Shown piece by piece: positions 1 to 11,941 of a DNA stretch of 64,000 nucleotides. The translations under genes and the position numbers were made by a program. Position 1 is the first letter of the stretch. Each line of letters opens with the position of its first letter. Origin of the DNA: Mobula birostris. Taxonomy: Eukaryota. The notes under the pieces were generated by a model, which was not told the DNA's origin, did no database searches, and saw only the letters and a program-made list of their open reading frames with translations. The stretch covers positions 17,266,424 through 17,330,423 of the forward strand of contig NC_092395.1 in assembly GCF_030028105.1 (NCBI RefSeq), in the 5' to 3' direction.

Positions 1-104
1 GTGAGAGCAGTAAGAGGATTTCACTGAACTCCGTTGAAGGGAAGATTTAAATTCCTCAGGGTTGGCATTCCTGGGCGAGACTTCTCAGAGTAGTAATCCA
101 ATCA

Positions 105-285
105 CAAGTAAGAGAAAATCTGCAGATGCTGGAAATCTGAGCAACACACACAAAATACTGGAGGAATTCAGCAGGCCAGGCAGCATCTAGGAAAAGTGTA
201 CAGTTGATGTTTTGGGCTGAAACCCTTCAGCAGGACTGGGGGAAAAAAAAGCTAAGGAGTAGATATAAAAGGTGGGGGAAGGGGG
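105..285 (-). mobile_element. PLE family A 3' end (pLTR) fragment with decayed hammerhead
   Basis: Matches the terminal segment of the copies at 46100-47396 and 55876-56537; hammerhead core mutated (CTGCTGA..AAAAC). Confidence 0.75.
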
Positions 286-1491
286 GGATTTATACTATTG
301 AAGCCACCTTCTATCACTTTGAGTGCCAGCAAACAGGGTAGGAACTAACTGAGTTGGCTCATTCCTTGTGACTACAATTCTCCATGTTGCTGGATTGATG
401 GCAGTGCTGTAACTGTATTGCAACAGCTCAGCTAGAGGTGCAGCTAAATCTAGATTGTGCAATTTCAATATTGTAGCTTGATCCCACAGTTCAGTGCTCT
501 CAACTGTTCCTTGGTATCTCAGAGTGATGGAATAGTAGAAGACTGGCTTCTGTGATAATGGGGAACTAGAGGAAACTGAAGTGAATCCAGTAGTCCTTCT
601 GGCTGTGCATGGTTAAAAATGCTTTGCAAGTGAAGCCACACATGTCAGTGGTAGACTGATTATCCATTGCAGATGCTCGTTATGCCAAAGTTGGAGAGGT
701 GAACATTTCTTGGAGAGTTATAAGAACAGAAGGCAATGAAGTCGAGTGAAGCAATCATAGTATTTGAAAGCCATAAAAAATTTTGAACAGATGAGAATTT
801 GAAATTGCCTGCATACTTTCATCGACAACGTAGGGTACAAGGCTGAGGTGTGTACGGGATGTGATACAGATTTGAGAAATGGATCACAGACTTTTGAATA
901 ACCATAAATTTATGCAAAAATAGTCTGCAGGAAACAAGGGTTTCAAAAGCAGATAAACTAGGCAGACATGATTTGAAGTTAGAAATGAGTGGTGGTATTG
1001 CTGTGGTCAGAACTTCTCTCAGGTCAGTTAATCTTGTTCAGTCCAATATTTAAACCCAAGGTAAAAAATGTTTGATTGCCACAGAACATTTACATTGCTA
1101 TTTACAGTTAGGAAAGTAAAACAAAATTGTAGTCATTAAACTATTGATATTTGAATGATGTATCTTTTTTTATGGTCTCAAAAGGAAATGGAAAATTCTA
1201 ATAATTCAACCTAGTGTTTTGTTCAGATTTAGATTCTTGATTCTGAATCCTGTATTTATCACATTTATGTTGAGGCAGATAGTGAAATTATCATTTACAT
1301 TCCAGCTAGCACAACCTAAGTATGTGCTGGGAGCAGCCCACAAATATTGCCAGACATTCCACACCAACATAGCATGCTCATAATGTTTAACAGATGAACA
1401 ATAACAGCAAAATAAACTAAAATAAACCCTTTTTTCACCTAGCAGCCCGCGTTCTGGTGGCCCACTGACCATAGTCCATGACCACTGAGAT

Positions 1492-2022
1492 CATTCTTGC
1501 CATAGAGGGGGTACAGGAAAGACATTCTTGCCATAGAGGGGGTACAAAGAAAATTGATTCCTGGGATGGCAGGACTTTCATATGATGAAAGACTGGATCG
1601 ACTAGGCTTGTACTCTCTGGAATTTAGAAGATTGAGGGGGGATCTTATTGAAACGTATAAAATTCTAAAGGGATTGGACAGGCTAGATGCAGGAAGATTG
1701 TTCCCGATGTTGGGGAAGTCCAGAACGAGGGGTCACAGTTTGAGGATAAAGGGGAAGCCTTTTAGGACCGAGATGAGGAAAAACTTCTTCACACAGAGGG
1801 TGGTGAATCTGGAATTCTCTGCCACAGGAAACAGTTGAGGCTAGTTCATTGGCTATATTTAAGAGGGAGTTAGATAAGGCCCTTGTGGCTAAAGGGATCG
1901 GGGCTATGGAGAGAAGGCAGGTATAGGGTTCTGAGTTGGATGATCAGCCATGATCGTACTGAATGGCAGTGCAGGCTCGAAGGGCCGAATGGCCTACTCC
2001 TGCACCTATTTTCTATGTTTCT
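1492..2022 (+). mobile_element. CR1-type LINE 3' fragment
   Basis: ORF 1554-1838 LSYDERLDRLGLYSLEFRRLRGDLIETYKILKG..RTRGHSL..NFFTQRVV; typical 3' tail; 24-nt tandem duplication at the 5' junction (1492-1515, 1523-1546). Confidence 0.92.
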
Positions 2023-2497
2023 ATCACTGGCCTTCGATTACAAAGCATTCCAACCACCAGCTCCTGCTTGACCTTTAACTCATTGCTCTGTCTCCAAAAC
2101 CATCACTACAAATCTTAAAAGAAAACAACCAAGTCTGAGCACGACTACGATAGACATTGCAGCTTAACACTGTCTTGAACTAGAAATATTATTGCATAGC
2201 ATCTGAAATATTGTTTGCACCTAACACAGATGTTACTTTCCTGAACCCTGCTGAAAAAGTTTATTATCACCGATATATGTCACAAAATTTGTTTTGCAGC
2301 AGCAGTATATTGCGGAATTACTAAGCTACATGGACTGTTCAGAAATCTGCTAATAGAGGGGAAGGAGTTGTTCTTAAGTGTTGAGTGTCGGTTTGCAGGC
2401 TCCTGTAGCATCTCACCAATGGTAGTAACATGAAGGCATGCCCTCGATTGGATGTCCTTGATGGGGAGGGCATTTAATGATGGATGTCATGGTAGTA

Positions 2498-3325
2498 CAG
2501 GTGCACATTCCTTTATCTGAAATTCTGAAATCCAAAAAGCTCCAAAACCCGAAGTTTTTTTTGCCAACAGCTGACGTCACTAAGGTGTGACGTGGCAGCA
2601 CTACCAGAGGCCACCAGGCGTCAGTTGTGGCTCAGCGCTCGTACTGGATACACGTGCATTTGCTGTTCACTGATATTTTGTGTTCACTGTTGACTTTGTG
2701 TTTAATTTCACTGTGAAAATGTGAAAAAGAGCTGCAGATACCCCTATGGGTAACAATGAGAAAAAGAGAGGAAGCATCTATCATTATCAATAACGCAGAA
2801 AGTGGAGTTATCGCAGAAGCTTGATCGTGGTGTGTCTGTGCGGTGTGTTACTGAAGAAAATAGTGTCGGAGCTACCACTGTATATGGCTTAAACAAACAG
2901 AAAGACAAGTTAATGAAGTTTTATAGTGACAGTGGCGTTCTACATTTATTCCAATAGGTTATTTACCATGTGTTTGATTTGGTTCGTTTGAAGCTGTATG
3001 TTTTTATGTTTTATTGAATGTTTTNNNNNNNNNNNNNNNNNNNNNNNNNNNNNNNNNNNNNNNNNNNNNNNNNNNNNNNNNNNNNNNNNNNNNNNNNNNN
3101 NNNNNNNNNNNNNNNNNNNNNNNNNNNNNNNNNNNNNNNNNNNNNNNNNNNNNNNNNNNNNNNNNNNNNNNNNNNNNGTCTTAAAGTCCACCGCACTGAG
3201 CCAGGTTAAATAAGGGACTTAAGCATACGTGTTTCTTGGTATCGGGGAGCGGGGGGAATCCGAAAAATTCTGAATTCCGAAATGCGACTGGCCCCAAGGA
3301 TTTTGGATAAGGGATTGTGGACCTG
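2498..3325 (+). mobile_element. Non-autonomous Tigger/pogo element (Tigger4/Zombi-like)
   Basis: TA|caggtgcacattcctttatc...gataagggattgtggacctg|TA terminal inverted repeats (TIRs); decayed N-terminal HTH (KRAADTPMGNNEKK..KHLSLSITQKVEL..KLDRGVSV..KQKDKLMKFY); spans the N gap. Confidence 0.85.
3025..3177. other. Assembly gap (153 N)
   Basis: Run of n. Confidence 1.
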
Positions 3326-4483
3326 TAACCTGAAGAAGTCACGTCCACTTGATGTCCTTGATGGTGGGGAGGGTTGTGCCTGTGATGGACTGGCTGAGGT
3401 TACATCCCTCTGCACCCTTCTGTGATCCTGTGCATTGGAAGATCCATATCAGGCTGACAGTGTTGAATGCTAAGCTGTAATCGACAAACAGCAGTATGGC
3501 TTAAGTTTTGCTGTTGTCGAAGTGCACTGAAGTCGAGTGGAGAGCCAAGGAGATTGCTGTAGGCCTCTTGTGGCGGGAGGCAAACTGTAGTGGGACCAGA
3601 TCTTTGTTCAGGCAGGAGTTAATTCTAGCCATGACCAGTCTCTCAGAGCATTTCATACAGTTGATCTGAGTGCTGCCAGGCAATAGTCATTGAGGTAGCT
3701 CACCCTGCTGTTGGGCATGGGAATTGTTAATGCACTTTTGAAGCAGGTGGGTACCTCAGACTGCAGCAGTGAGAAGTTGAAGATGTCCTTGAACACTGCA
3801 GCCAGTTAGTTGCCACAGACTTTCAGTACTCTGCAAGGTACACGATCAGGGCCTGACACCTTGCAGAGGTTCACCCTTGTGAAGGATGTTCTCACCACCC
3901 CCCCCCCCCCACCCCGAGACAGATCACAGTATTGCCAGATGCTGTGGGGATTTGCATAGACAGTGTTATTCAAAGCATGCATAAAATGCATTGAGTTCTT
4001 GGGGGAGTGAAACATTACTGCTGTTTATGTTGTTTGATTTGGCCTTGTAGAAGGTAATTGCATGCAAACCCTGTCAAGCTGTCATGCATCTGATTGTCTT
4101 TCTAATTTTACACAGAATTGCCATTTTGCTGTCAGTGGCCTTCCATAGATCGTACCTGGGCTTCCTTGTAGATTTTTGGATAACTGATCTACCTTCAAGG
4201 AGTGAGAATCTCTGGTTGGTTCAGGGCTTCTGGTCTGGGAAAATTCAGTGTTTACTTTGTTTACCTTTGTTTCCTTGAACCACTCATCCCATTCTCAATG
4301 CAAATTATTATATAAAAATGAAATGTTTTTTGGACGAATTGTGATTTGAGTGCCACAACGTGTTTATATTAAACGTAAGTTTAAAGATAACCTTGTGTTA
4401 AGTATAAGTCTGCTTTACTCAGAAAACTTGATTGATGAGAATGAGGACTTTTCACTTCTAAAGAGATATAATGAGCATGAGTG

Positions 4484-5727
4484 ATCAGAATCAGGTTTAT
4501 TATCACCAGCATGTGTTGTCAAATTTTTTAACTTAGCAACAGCAGTTCAAAGTAATACATATTATATAGAAGAAGAAAAATAAGCAAATCAACTTACAGT
4601 TTACATATATTGAATACATTAAAATCGTGCAAAAAAAACCAGAAATAATAGTATATTAAAAAAAGTGAGGTAGTGTTCACAGGTTTATTGTCCTTTAGGA
4701 AACAGATGGCAGAGGGGAAGAAGCTGTTCCTGAATCGCTGAGTATATGTCTTCAGGCTTCTGTACCTCCTACCTGATGGTAACAGGGAGAAAAGGGCATG
4801 CCCTGGGTGCCGGAGGTCCTTAATAATGGACGCTGCCTTTCTGAGACACTGCTCCTTGAAGATGACCTGGGGACTTTGTAGCCTAGTACCCAAGATGGAG
4901 CTGACTAAATTTATAACCCTTTGCAGTTTCTTTTGGTCCTGTGCAGTAGCTCCCACCTCCCACCCCCCCCCCCCCACCAGACAATGATGCAGCCTGTCAG
5001 AATGCTCTCCACGGTACATCTTTAAAGGGTTTTGAGTGTATTTGGTGACATACCAAATCTCTTCAAGCTCCTAATGAAATATAGTCGCTGTCTTGCTTTC
5101 TTTGTAACTGCATTGATATGTTGGGACCAGGTTAGGTCCTCAGATCTTGACACCCAGGAGCTTGAAGCTGCTCACTCTCTCCACTTCTGATCCCACTATG
5201 AGGATTGTTGTGTGTTTCTTCATCTTACCCTTCCTGAAGTCCACAATCAGTTCTTTTGTCGTACTGACGTTGAGTGCAATGTTGCTGCGATACCACTCCA
5301 CTAGTTGGCATATCTCGCTCCTGTACACCCTCTTGTCTCCATCTGAGATTCTACCAATAATGGTTGTGTCATCAGCATATTTATAGATGATATTTGAGCT
5401 ATGTCTAGCCACACATAGAGAGAGTAGAGCAATGGGCTAAGCACACACCCCTGAGGTGGACCAGTGTTGATAATCAGCAAAGGAGGAGATATTATCACCA
5501 ACCTGCACAGTTGTGGTCTTCCGGTTAGGAAGTCGAGGATCCAATTGCAGAGGGACGTACAGAGTCCAGGTTCTGTAACTTCTCAGTCAGGATTGTGTTA
5601 ATGATGGTATAAAATGCTGAGCTTTCGTCGATGAACAGCATCCTGACATGGGTGTTTGTATTGTCCAGATGATCTAAGGCCGTGTGAAGAGCCATTGAGA
5701 TTGCATCTGCCGTTGACCTATTGTGGC
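4484..5727 (-). mobile_element. Rex1/Babar LINE, 5' truncated
   Basis: [44 protein letters not shown]; (GATTCT)n tail at 4484; close relative of the copy at 28540-31110. Confidence 0.9.
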
Positions 5728-6076
5728 TTGTTGTGGGTCATCAAATACTACTTTTTAGTTCTAAACAATGTTGGGATATCTTTTGGCACCTTTTCATTTT
5801 AATAGTCAGCCATGTATCTATTAAGTGCTGATTACAAACAATGTAAAAATGTTGGCGAAATAATTTGATGTGCTGCAGTTTTTGTTTCTGTTAAAATGGC
5901 AACATTTACTGGTAAGGTTTTTCTTTTAATGCTCTTTGCTAATAACAATACTTGTCTTTGAAAAAGAGAATTTAATTCACCATAGTATCCAATTAGTTTC
6001 AATGGGCACTGCAAAACCGAGCCTTAGGAAAATGGCCTATGTGGTTAATGGAACACGAGGGCTAAATTATTTTGCA

Positions 6077-7005
6077 GAGATGAAAGCTGAAGTTTCACCA
6101 AAAAATTTTAAGCTGTCAGTGATAAACACAAGATTATGTAGATAGTGGAAATCATCGGCAACATATACAAAAATGCTAGAGAAAGTTAGTAAGCTAGACA
6201 GCATCTATGGAGGAGAATAAACAGTTGATGTTTTGGGCCAAGACTACCTAACTTTGTGCAGTGCAGATATATATATCTTGATAACTTGAGTGAGAGATAT
6301 ATAGTTAATAGCAGAATTAAGGAAACTAGGTGGAACAAAGTGATTACCTCTGACAGGGTGAGAACAAAGATGCAGCAGTTAAAGGCAGATTTTATTTGTT
6401 TGTCTTTATTTGGTGTTGAATAGCAGGGATGTGGGGTGCCCAGCTGGTCAAGTAAAACTAGTAGAAAGGAAATGCTGAACAAAAATCACAGTTAAGATAG
6501 CAGATTAAAAATGGCCAGATCTATTCCAGGCAGAAAGGAGGAGCAAGTTAACTAAAGTTTGAGGATCCAGTGTTGACTCCACCAGACTGTATTGTGCCCA
6601 GATGGAGGATGAGGTGGTGTTCATCAAGCCCGTGTTAGGCTTTGCGACCATGTACAAGGTCACTGCAGAGGTTGGAGTGAGATGACATTCAAATAGTAGG
6701 CAACTGGAAGCTTAGGGTCATTCCTACAGACTGAACAGATCTGCTTTGTAAAGCAATTACTTAATTTCTTTCTGGTTCCTCCATTGGAGAGACCATATTG
6801 TGGAGATGAAAGCTGAAGTTTCACCAAAAAATTTAGAGCTATCAGAAACAAGATATTCTGCAAATGCTGGAAATCTTGGGCAATACACACAAAATGCTAG
6901 AAGTTAGACAGCATTTATTGAAGGGAATAAACAATTGACGTTTTGGGCCAAGTCTACTTGACTTGTGCAGTGCAAATGCTTCCAGCATTTTGTGTGTAGA
7001 ACTGT
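6077..7005 (-). mobile_element. Old PLE family A copy with direct-repeat pLTRs
   Basis: Direct repeats about 6077-6268 and 6803-6977 flank a decayed GIY-YIG C-terminus (CFTKQICSVCRNDPKLPVAYYLN). Confidence 0.7.
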
Positions 7006-9163
7006 CAAGTAAAAAAAAATGCTAGATTTAAGTACAAATGCACCACTTCTTTGCAGAAGGACTGTTTGGGTCCTTTGAGAAGGGTAGGGGTGAAAGATTC
7101 AAACTCCTGGGTTTGCATAGAAAAGTGCCTTGAGAAGGAGTGGGCTGTTGGGGACTGAATGTGGATCAGTATGTCGTGAAAGGAGTGTTCCCTTGAATGT
7201 TGAAAGGGGAAAGAAATAGCAGGTAGTGTAGTCTTGTTGGAGCTGATGAAAATTGTGAATGGTTTAAAGTACATTGCACAACTTTGATATTCGTATCCTA
7301 ACAGGCAGCCATGAAACAAAGAATCCCAAAAAACCTATTTTAAAACAAGACCATCAAACGCCTACTGTGCAAAGGGAGAGGGAAAAAAAACATCATGCAA
7401 ACAATGAACGCAAGTAAATAGTGTTCTGAACTGAAGTCCAGAGTTCATTAATGGTCTCTTGGTTCAGAGCGAAGCAGCAAGCTGAACCAGCCCATCCCTT
7501 GGTTCAGGCCCCGACACCCAGACCTTTTCAATCTGGCTCAGCACCTAAATTGTCATTCAAATATCGGGTTCAACCACTTCGAAACACCTCGATTTGGCAT
7601 GTAACCAACCCTTATGACTTAGCTCGGCGCTTAAATTGTCATCCAAGTATCAGGTTCAGTTGCTTCGCTGTGCTTTGGGGTCTGGACCCCATCACCTCAA
7701 TTCAACTTTTATGTGACCTTTCTGATTCGGCCCAGCACGTAAATCGATCGAACCTCTGGTCTTCCTTGCTCTTGGCGACAGGTTCACTGCTTTGTCTTAG
7801 TTCTGCCACATCGAATTGCCTCCAAGACGTAAGGGAAGTTGCAGGCTGTTGCTGGCAGTGATCATTTACCAGAAAAAGTGATTAACGAATTACTTAGTTT
7901 TCCTTAATTTCATTAGCCAGCAGCCAGAATTCACTGAGATTCACCAGCACCATCTTAAACTGGATTCTTTGGATACAGTGAATGTTTGGGTGGAAGGTGA
8001 GAAGTAGGGGAAATCTGTTCTTAAAACTTTTTTTTTAAGAAAAAGAGAAGCCGAAAGCAGGTGTAGAAAGTTGATCAGATATGGTTCAAAGTTCTGTCCA
8101 CTAGAATTCAGTAAGACTTTTCAGAGGATTGGAGTAATTGTGATTAAAAATGGAGAAACATGGAGAATGGAAAGGGTCCTTGCATAGGAGGATGTATAGT
8201 CAAGAAAACTGGGGAGATCTATGGGCTTGATGGAACTAGTTTCCTATTTTTAAAAAATTGAATCCCTTGCTGGTGGCCTAACTGCATTAACCTCATGACA
8301 TTGAATTCATTTTTACCCAAGTGGTAACCTAGATATCTTGTGCTTTTCCTTGGAGTTCCTGTGTTACTAGAATACATTTTGTTGCAATCAATCATTCATT
8401 TTAACAGATTTGGTTCATTCTGTGCCTGCAGTTAGTTACATACGTGGGTTCCTGCAAAAATAACATTTTTACAGTTGATAATCTTTCATGTGAATGTGTG
8501 AACTGAAGCTGACCATTCAGGTTTTCAATCTTTTTTCACCATTCTGTTAGATTGTGACTGATTTGCATCAGAGTGCCAGTGTCCATTATGCGAAGTGCAG
8601 CACAGGAGCATGTCCTTAGGCCCACAGTACTATCCTGAACTAAATTAATAATCAAATGCCCAAATTAAACCAATCCCTTCTGCTTGCATGATGTCCATAT
8701 CTTTCCATTTGCTGCTAATTGCCTCTTGAATGGCCCTTTCAAATTTGCCGCCTTCACCGGCCCAGGCATCCACTTGCTTTTCACATTTCCTTTGATCTTA
8801 TTCCCTTTGATATTAGGTATGTCAGCCTGGGAAAATAATACTGGCTGTCTACTATTTGTATACAGCTCAATCTTAGAAAATCACCACAAGTCTCCCCATA
8901 GTCTCCTCCACGCCAGAGAAAAGTCAAAGCTTGTCCAATCTCTCCTTGTAATACATGACCTCTAATCTAGTCAGCATCTTGGTAAACTACTTCAGCACCC
9001 TCTTCAAAGTCTTCACTCCTTCTAATCATGGGGTGACCCAGAAATGAATGCAATACTCTAGTTGTGGCCTGAATAGAGTTTTAAAAAGCTGTAACATCAA
9101 CTTTTGACATCAAAGTTGCTGGTGAACGCAGCAGGCCAGGCAGCATCTGTAGGAAGAGGTGCG

Positions 9164-9197
9164 GTCGACGTTTCAGGCCGAGACCCTTCATCAGGAC
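9164..9197 (-). ncRNA. Minimal type I hammerhead ribozyme motif (PLE pLTR)
   Basis: Minus strand GUC-CUGAUGA-AGG(GUCUCGG)CCU-GAAA-C-GUC-GAC: intact core, stem I GUC/GAC, palindromic ACGU stem III. Confidence 0.75.
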
Positions 9198-10007
9198 TAA
9201 CTGAAGGAAGAGTGAGTAAGAGATTTGAAAGTTGGAGGGGGAGGGGGAGATCCAAAATGATAGGAGAAGACAAGAGGGGGAGGGATAGAGCCAAGAGCTG
9301 GACATGTGATAGGGAAAAGGTGATACGAGAGGATCATGGGACAGGAGGTCGGGGAAGAAAGACGGGGGGGGGGACCCAGAGGATGAGCAAGAAGTATATT
9401 CAGAGGGACAGAGGGAGAAAAACGAGAGTGAGGGAAAGAATGTGTGCATAAAAATAAGTAACAGATGGGGTACGAGGGGGAGGTGGGGCCTTAGCGGAAG
9501 TTAGAGAAGTTGATATTCATGCCATCAGGTTGGAGGCTACCCAGACGGAATCTAAGGTGTTGTTCCTCCAACCTGAGTGTGGCTTCATCTTAACAGTAGA
9601 GGAGTTCCTCTACTGTAAAGATGAAGCCACACTCAGGTTGGAGGAACAACACCTTGTATTCCGTCTGGGTAGCCTCCAACCTGATGGCATGAACATCGAC
9701 CTCTAACTTCCGCTAAGGCCCCACCTCCCCCTCGTACCCCATCTGTTACTTACTTTTATGCACATATTCTTTCTCTCACTCTCCTTTTTCTCCCTCTGAA
9801 TATACCTCTTGCCCATCCTCTGGGTCCCCCCCCACCCCCTTATCTTTCTTCCCGGACCTCCTGTCCCATGATCCTCTCGTATCCCCTTTTCCCTATCACC
9901 TGTCCAGCCCTTGGCTCTATCCCTCCCCCTCCTGTCTTCTCCTATCATTTTGGATCTCCCCCTCCCCCTCCAACTTTCAAATCTCTTACTCACTCTTCCT
10001 CCAGTTA

Positions 10008-10041
10008 GTCCTGATGAAGGGTCTCGGCCTGAAACGTCGAC
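10008..10041 (+). ncRNA. Minimal type I hammerhead ribozyme motif (PLE pLTR), sense to the host pre-mRNA
   Basis: gtc ctgatga agggtctcggcct gaaa c gtc gac; predicted cleavage after C10038. Confidence 0.75.
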
Positions 10042-10494
10042 CGCGCCTCTTCCTACAGATGCTGCCTGGCCTGCTGCGTTCACCAGCAACTTTGATGTCA
10101 AAAGTTGATGTTACAGCTTTTTAAAACTCTATTCAGGCCACAACTGGAGTATTGCATTCATTTCTGGGTCACCCCATGATTGGAAGGAGTGAAGACTTTG
10201 AAGAGGGTGCTGAAGTAGTTTACCAAGATGCTGACTAGATTAGTGGCCATGTATTACAAGGAGAGATTGGACAAGCTTTGATTTTTCTCTGGCGTGGAGG
10301 AGACTATGGGGAGACTTGATGGTGATTTTCTAAGATTGAGCTGTATACAAATAGTAGACAGCCAGTATTATTTCCCCAGGCTGACATACCTAATATCAAA
10401 GGGAATAAGATCAAAGGAGATGTGAAAAGCAAGTGGATGCCTGGGCCGGTGAAGGCGGCAAATTTGAAAGGGCCATTCAAGATGCAACACTTAA

Positions 10495-11200
10495 GTTGGC
10501 TAGGTTAAACACCATCTCCCAGTGGCCATCCATTTTAATTCTACTTCCTATTCCCATTCTGATATGTCTATCCATGGCTTTATCTGCTGTTGCAATGAGG
10601 CCACACTCAGGTTGGAGAAACAACACCTTGTATTCTATCTGGGTAGCCTCCAACCTGATGGCATGAGCATCAATTTCTTGAACTGCCTGTATTGCCCCAC
10701 CCCCTTCANNNNNNNNNNNNNNNNNNNNNNNNNNNNNNNNNNNNNNNNNNNNNNNNNNNNNNNNNNNNNNNNNNNNNNNNNNNNNNNNNNNNNNNNNNNN
10801 NNNNNNNNNNNNNNNNNNNNNNNNNNNNNNNNNNNNNNNNNNNNNNNNNNNNNNNNNNNNNNNNNNNNNNNNNNNNNNNNNNNNCCCTGCCTGCCCATCA
10901 CCTCCCTCTGGTGCTTTCCCCCCCTTTTCCTTCTGGCCTTCTATCATCTTCTGTTAGATTCTCGTTATTCAGCTCGATTTCTTTCACCAATTTTCCAGCT
11001 CTTTACCTTATCCCTCCTCCTCCTCCCAGTTTTAGCTATCACCTTGTATTTCTCCCTCCCCTCCATCCACCTTTCAACTCTACTCCTCATCTTTTTTTCT
11101 CCAGTCTTGCTGAAAGGACTCGGCCCAAAATGTCAACTGTACTTTTTTCCATAAATGTTGCCTGGCCTGCTGAGTTTCTCCAGCATTTTGTGTGTGGCTT
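10495..11200 (+). mobile_element. Older PLE family A 3' fragment spanning a gap
   Basis: AIHFNSTSYSHSDMSIHG..EATLRLEKQHLVFYLGSLQPDGMSINF; decayed hammerhead at about 11103-11140. Confidence 0.8.
10709..10884. other. Assembly gap (176 N)
   Basis: Run of n. Confidence 1.
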
Positions 11201-11893
11201 AAACTCCATTTACTATTTCTCTACCCATATCTGCAACTGTTGTATCCTTTGCTGGTCTTCTATACTATCCACAACACAACCAATCTTGGTACCATAATTA
11301 ACCCACCCATTGAAGTCATTTATATGTATCAAATGCCAGAACTTCCAGAGCAGGTCCCTATATTGACTGTTAATCACTGACCTCCAGCCAGAATAAGTCC
11401 CATTGATCTCTATTCTATGAGTAAACTAATTCTGAATCTTGACTACCAAATTTACTGTCGATCCATGCATCTTAATCTTTTGGATGAGCCCCCATAAGGG
11501 ACCTTGACAAATATTTTACTAAAGAGCATGTAGGCAACATTCACAGGTCTATCTTCATCAATTGCCTTCCTTACTACTTCAAAAAAAAAACTCGTTAGTA
11601 AGACAGAACTTGCCTTGCCCCTCACAATGCAATGAGTTATGCCATTGCTTTCTAATTGCTCATCCTATTCATTAACTTCCTCAACACTGATGTGAAATTC
11701 ACTAGTTTTATAGTTTCCAGGATTATACATTTCTCTTCTTGAATAGTGGAACCTTAGCTATTTGCCGTCCTTCAAAACCTAGCCTGTTGCTAGAGATGGT
11801 ACAAAGATATTGATCAAGGCCCCAGCTCATCTCTCAACCTTAATGATGAGTATATTCCATCGGGTCCTGGTGACTTTTCCACCTTGATGTTTA

Positions 11894-11941
11894 TTGAGAT
11901 CCAATTTACCTCCATCTTGAGATCCAATTTACCTCCATCTT
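11894..11941 (+). repeat. 23-nt tandem duplication
   Basis: ttgagatccaatttacctccatc x2. Confidence 0.9.

Larger units (their letters stand above)
2250..4270 (-). mobile_element. Decayed Rex1/Babar LINE pieces, interrupted by the Tigger at 2498-3325
   Basis: ORF 3501-3683 MKCSERLVMARINSCLNKDLVPLQFA; 3' end motifs at 2250-2495. Confidence 0.7.
8719..10487. repeat. Long inverted duplication (arms 8719-9603 and 9606-10487, spacer GT)
   Basis: Centre cagtagagga-gt-tcctctactg; arms align throughout; mirrored ORFs 9097-9294(-)/9911-10108(+) and 9104-9451(+)/9703-10101(-). Confidence 0.97.

Noticed and set aside
1-6. Window begins with gtgaga, like the intron 1 donor
   Set aside because: No upstream exon is visible and the following DNA is CpG-poor and repeat-like; cannot be supported.
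2946-3213. ORFs spanning N runs (also 10477-11297)
   Set aside because: Artefacts of assembly gaps.
7451-7861. 136-aa ORF in a GC-richer patch
   Set aside because: No recognisable domain; lies in sequence resembling the antisense of a LINE 3' UTR (about 7290-7960).
9081-10108. Duplicated small ORFs (MTSKLLVNAAGQ.., MALSLPLLSS..) as a novel gene pair
   Set aside because: Incidental frames in the PLE 3' UTR, mirrored by the palindrome; similar frames recur at 55829-56288.
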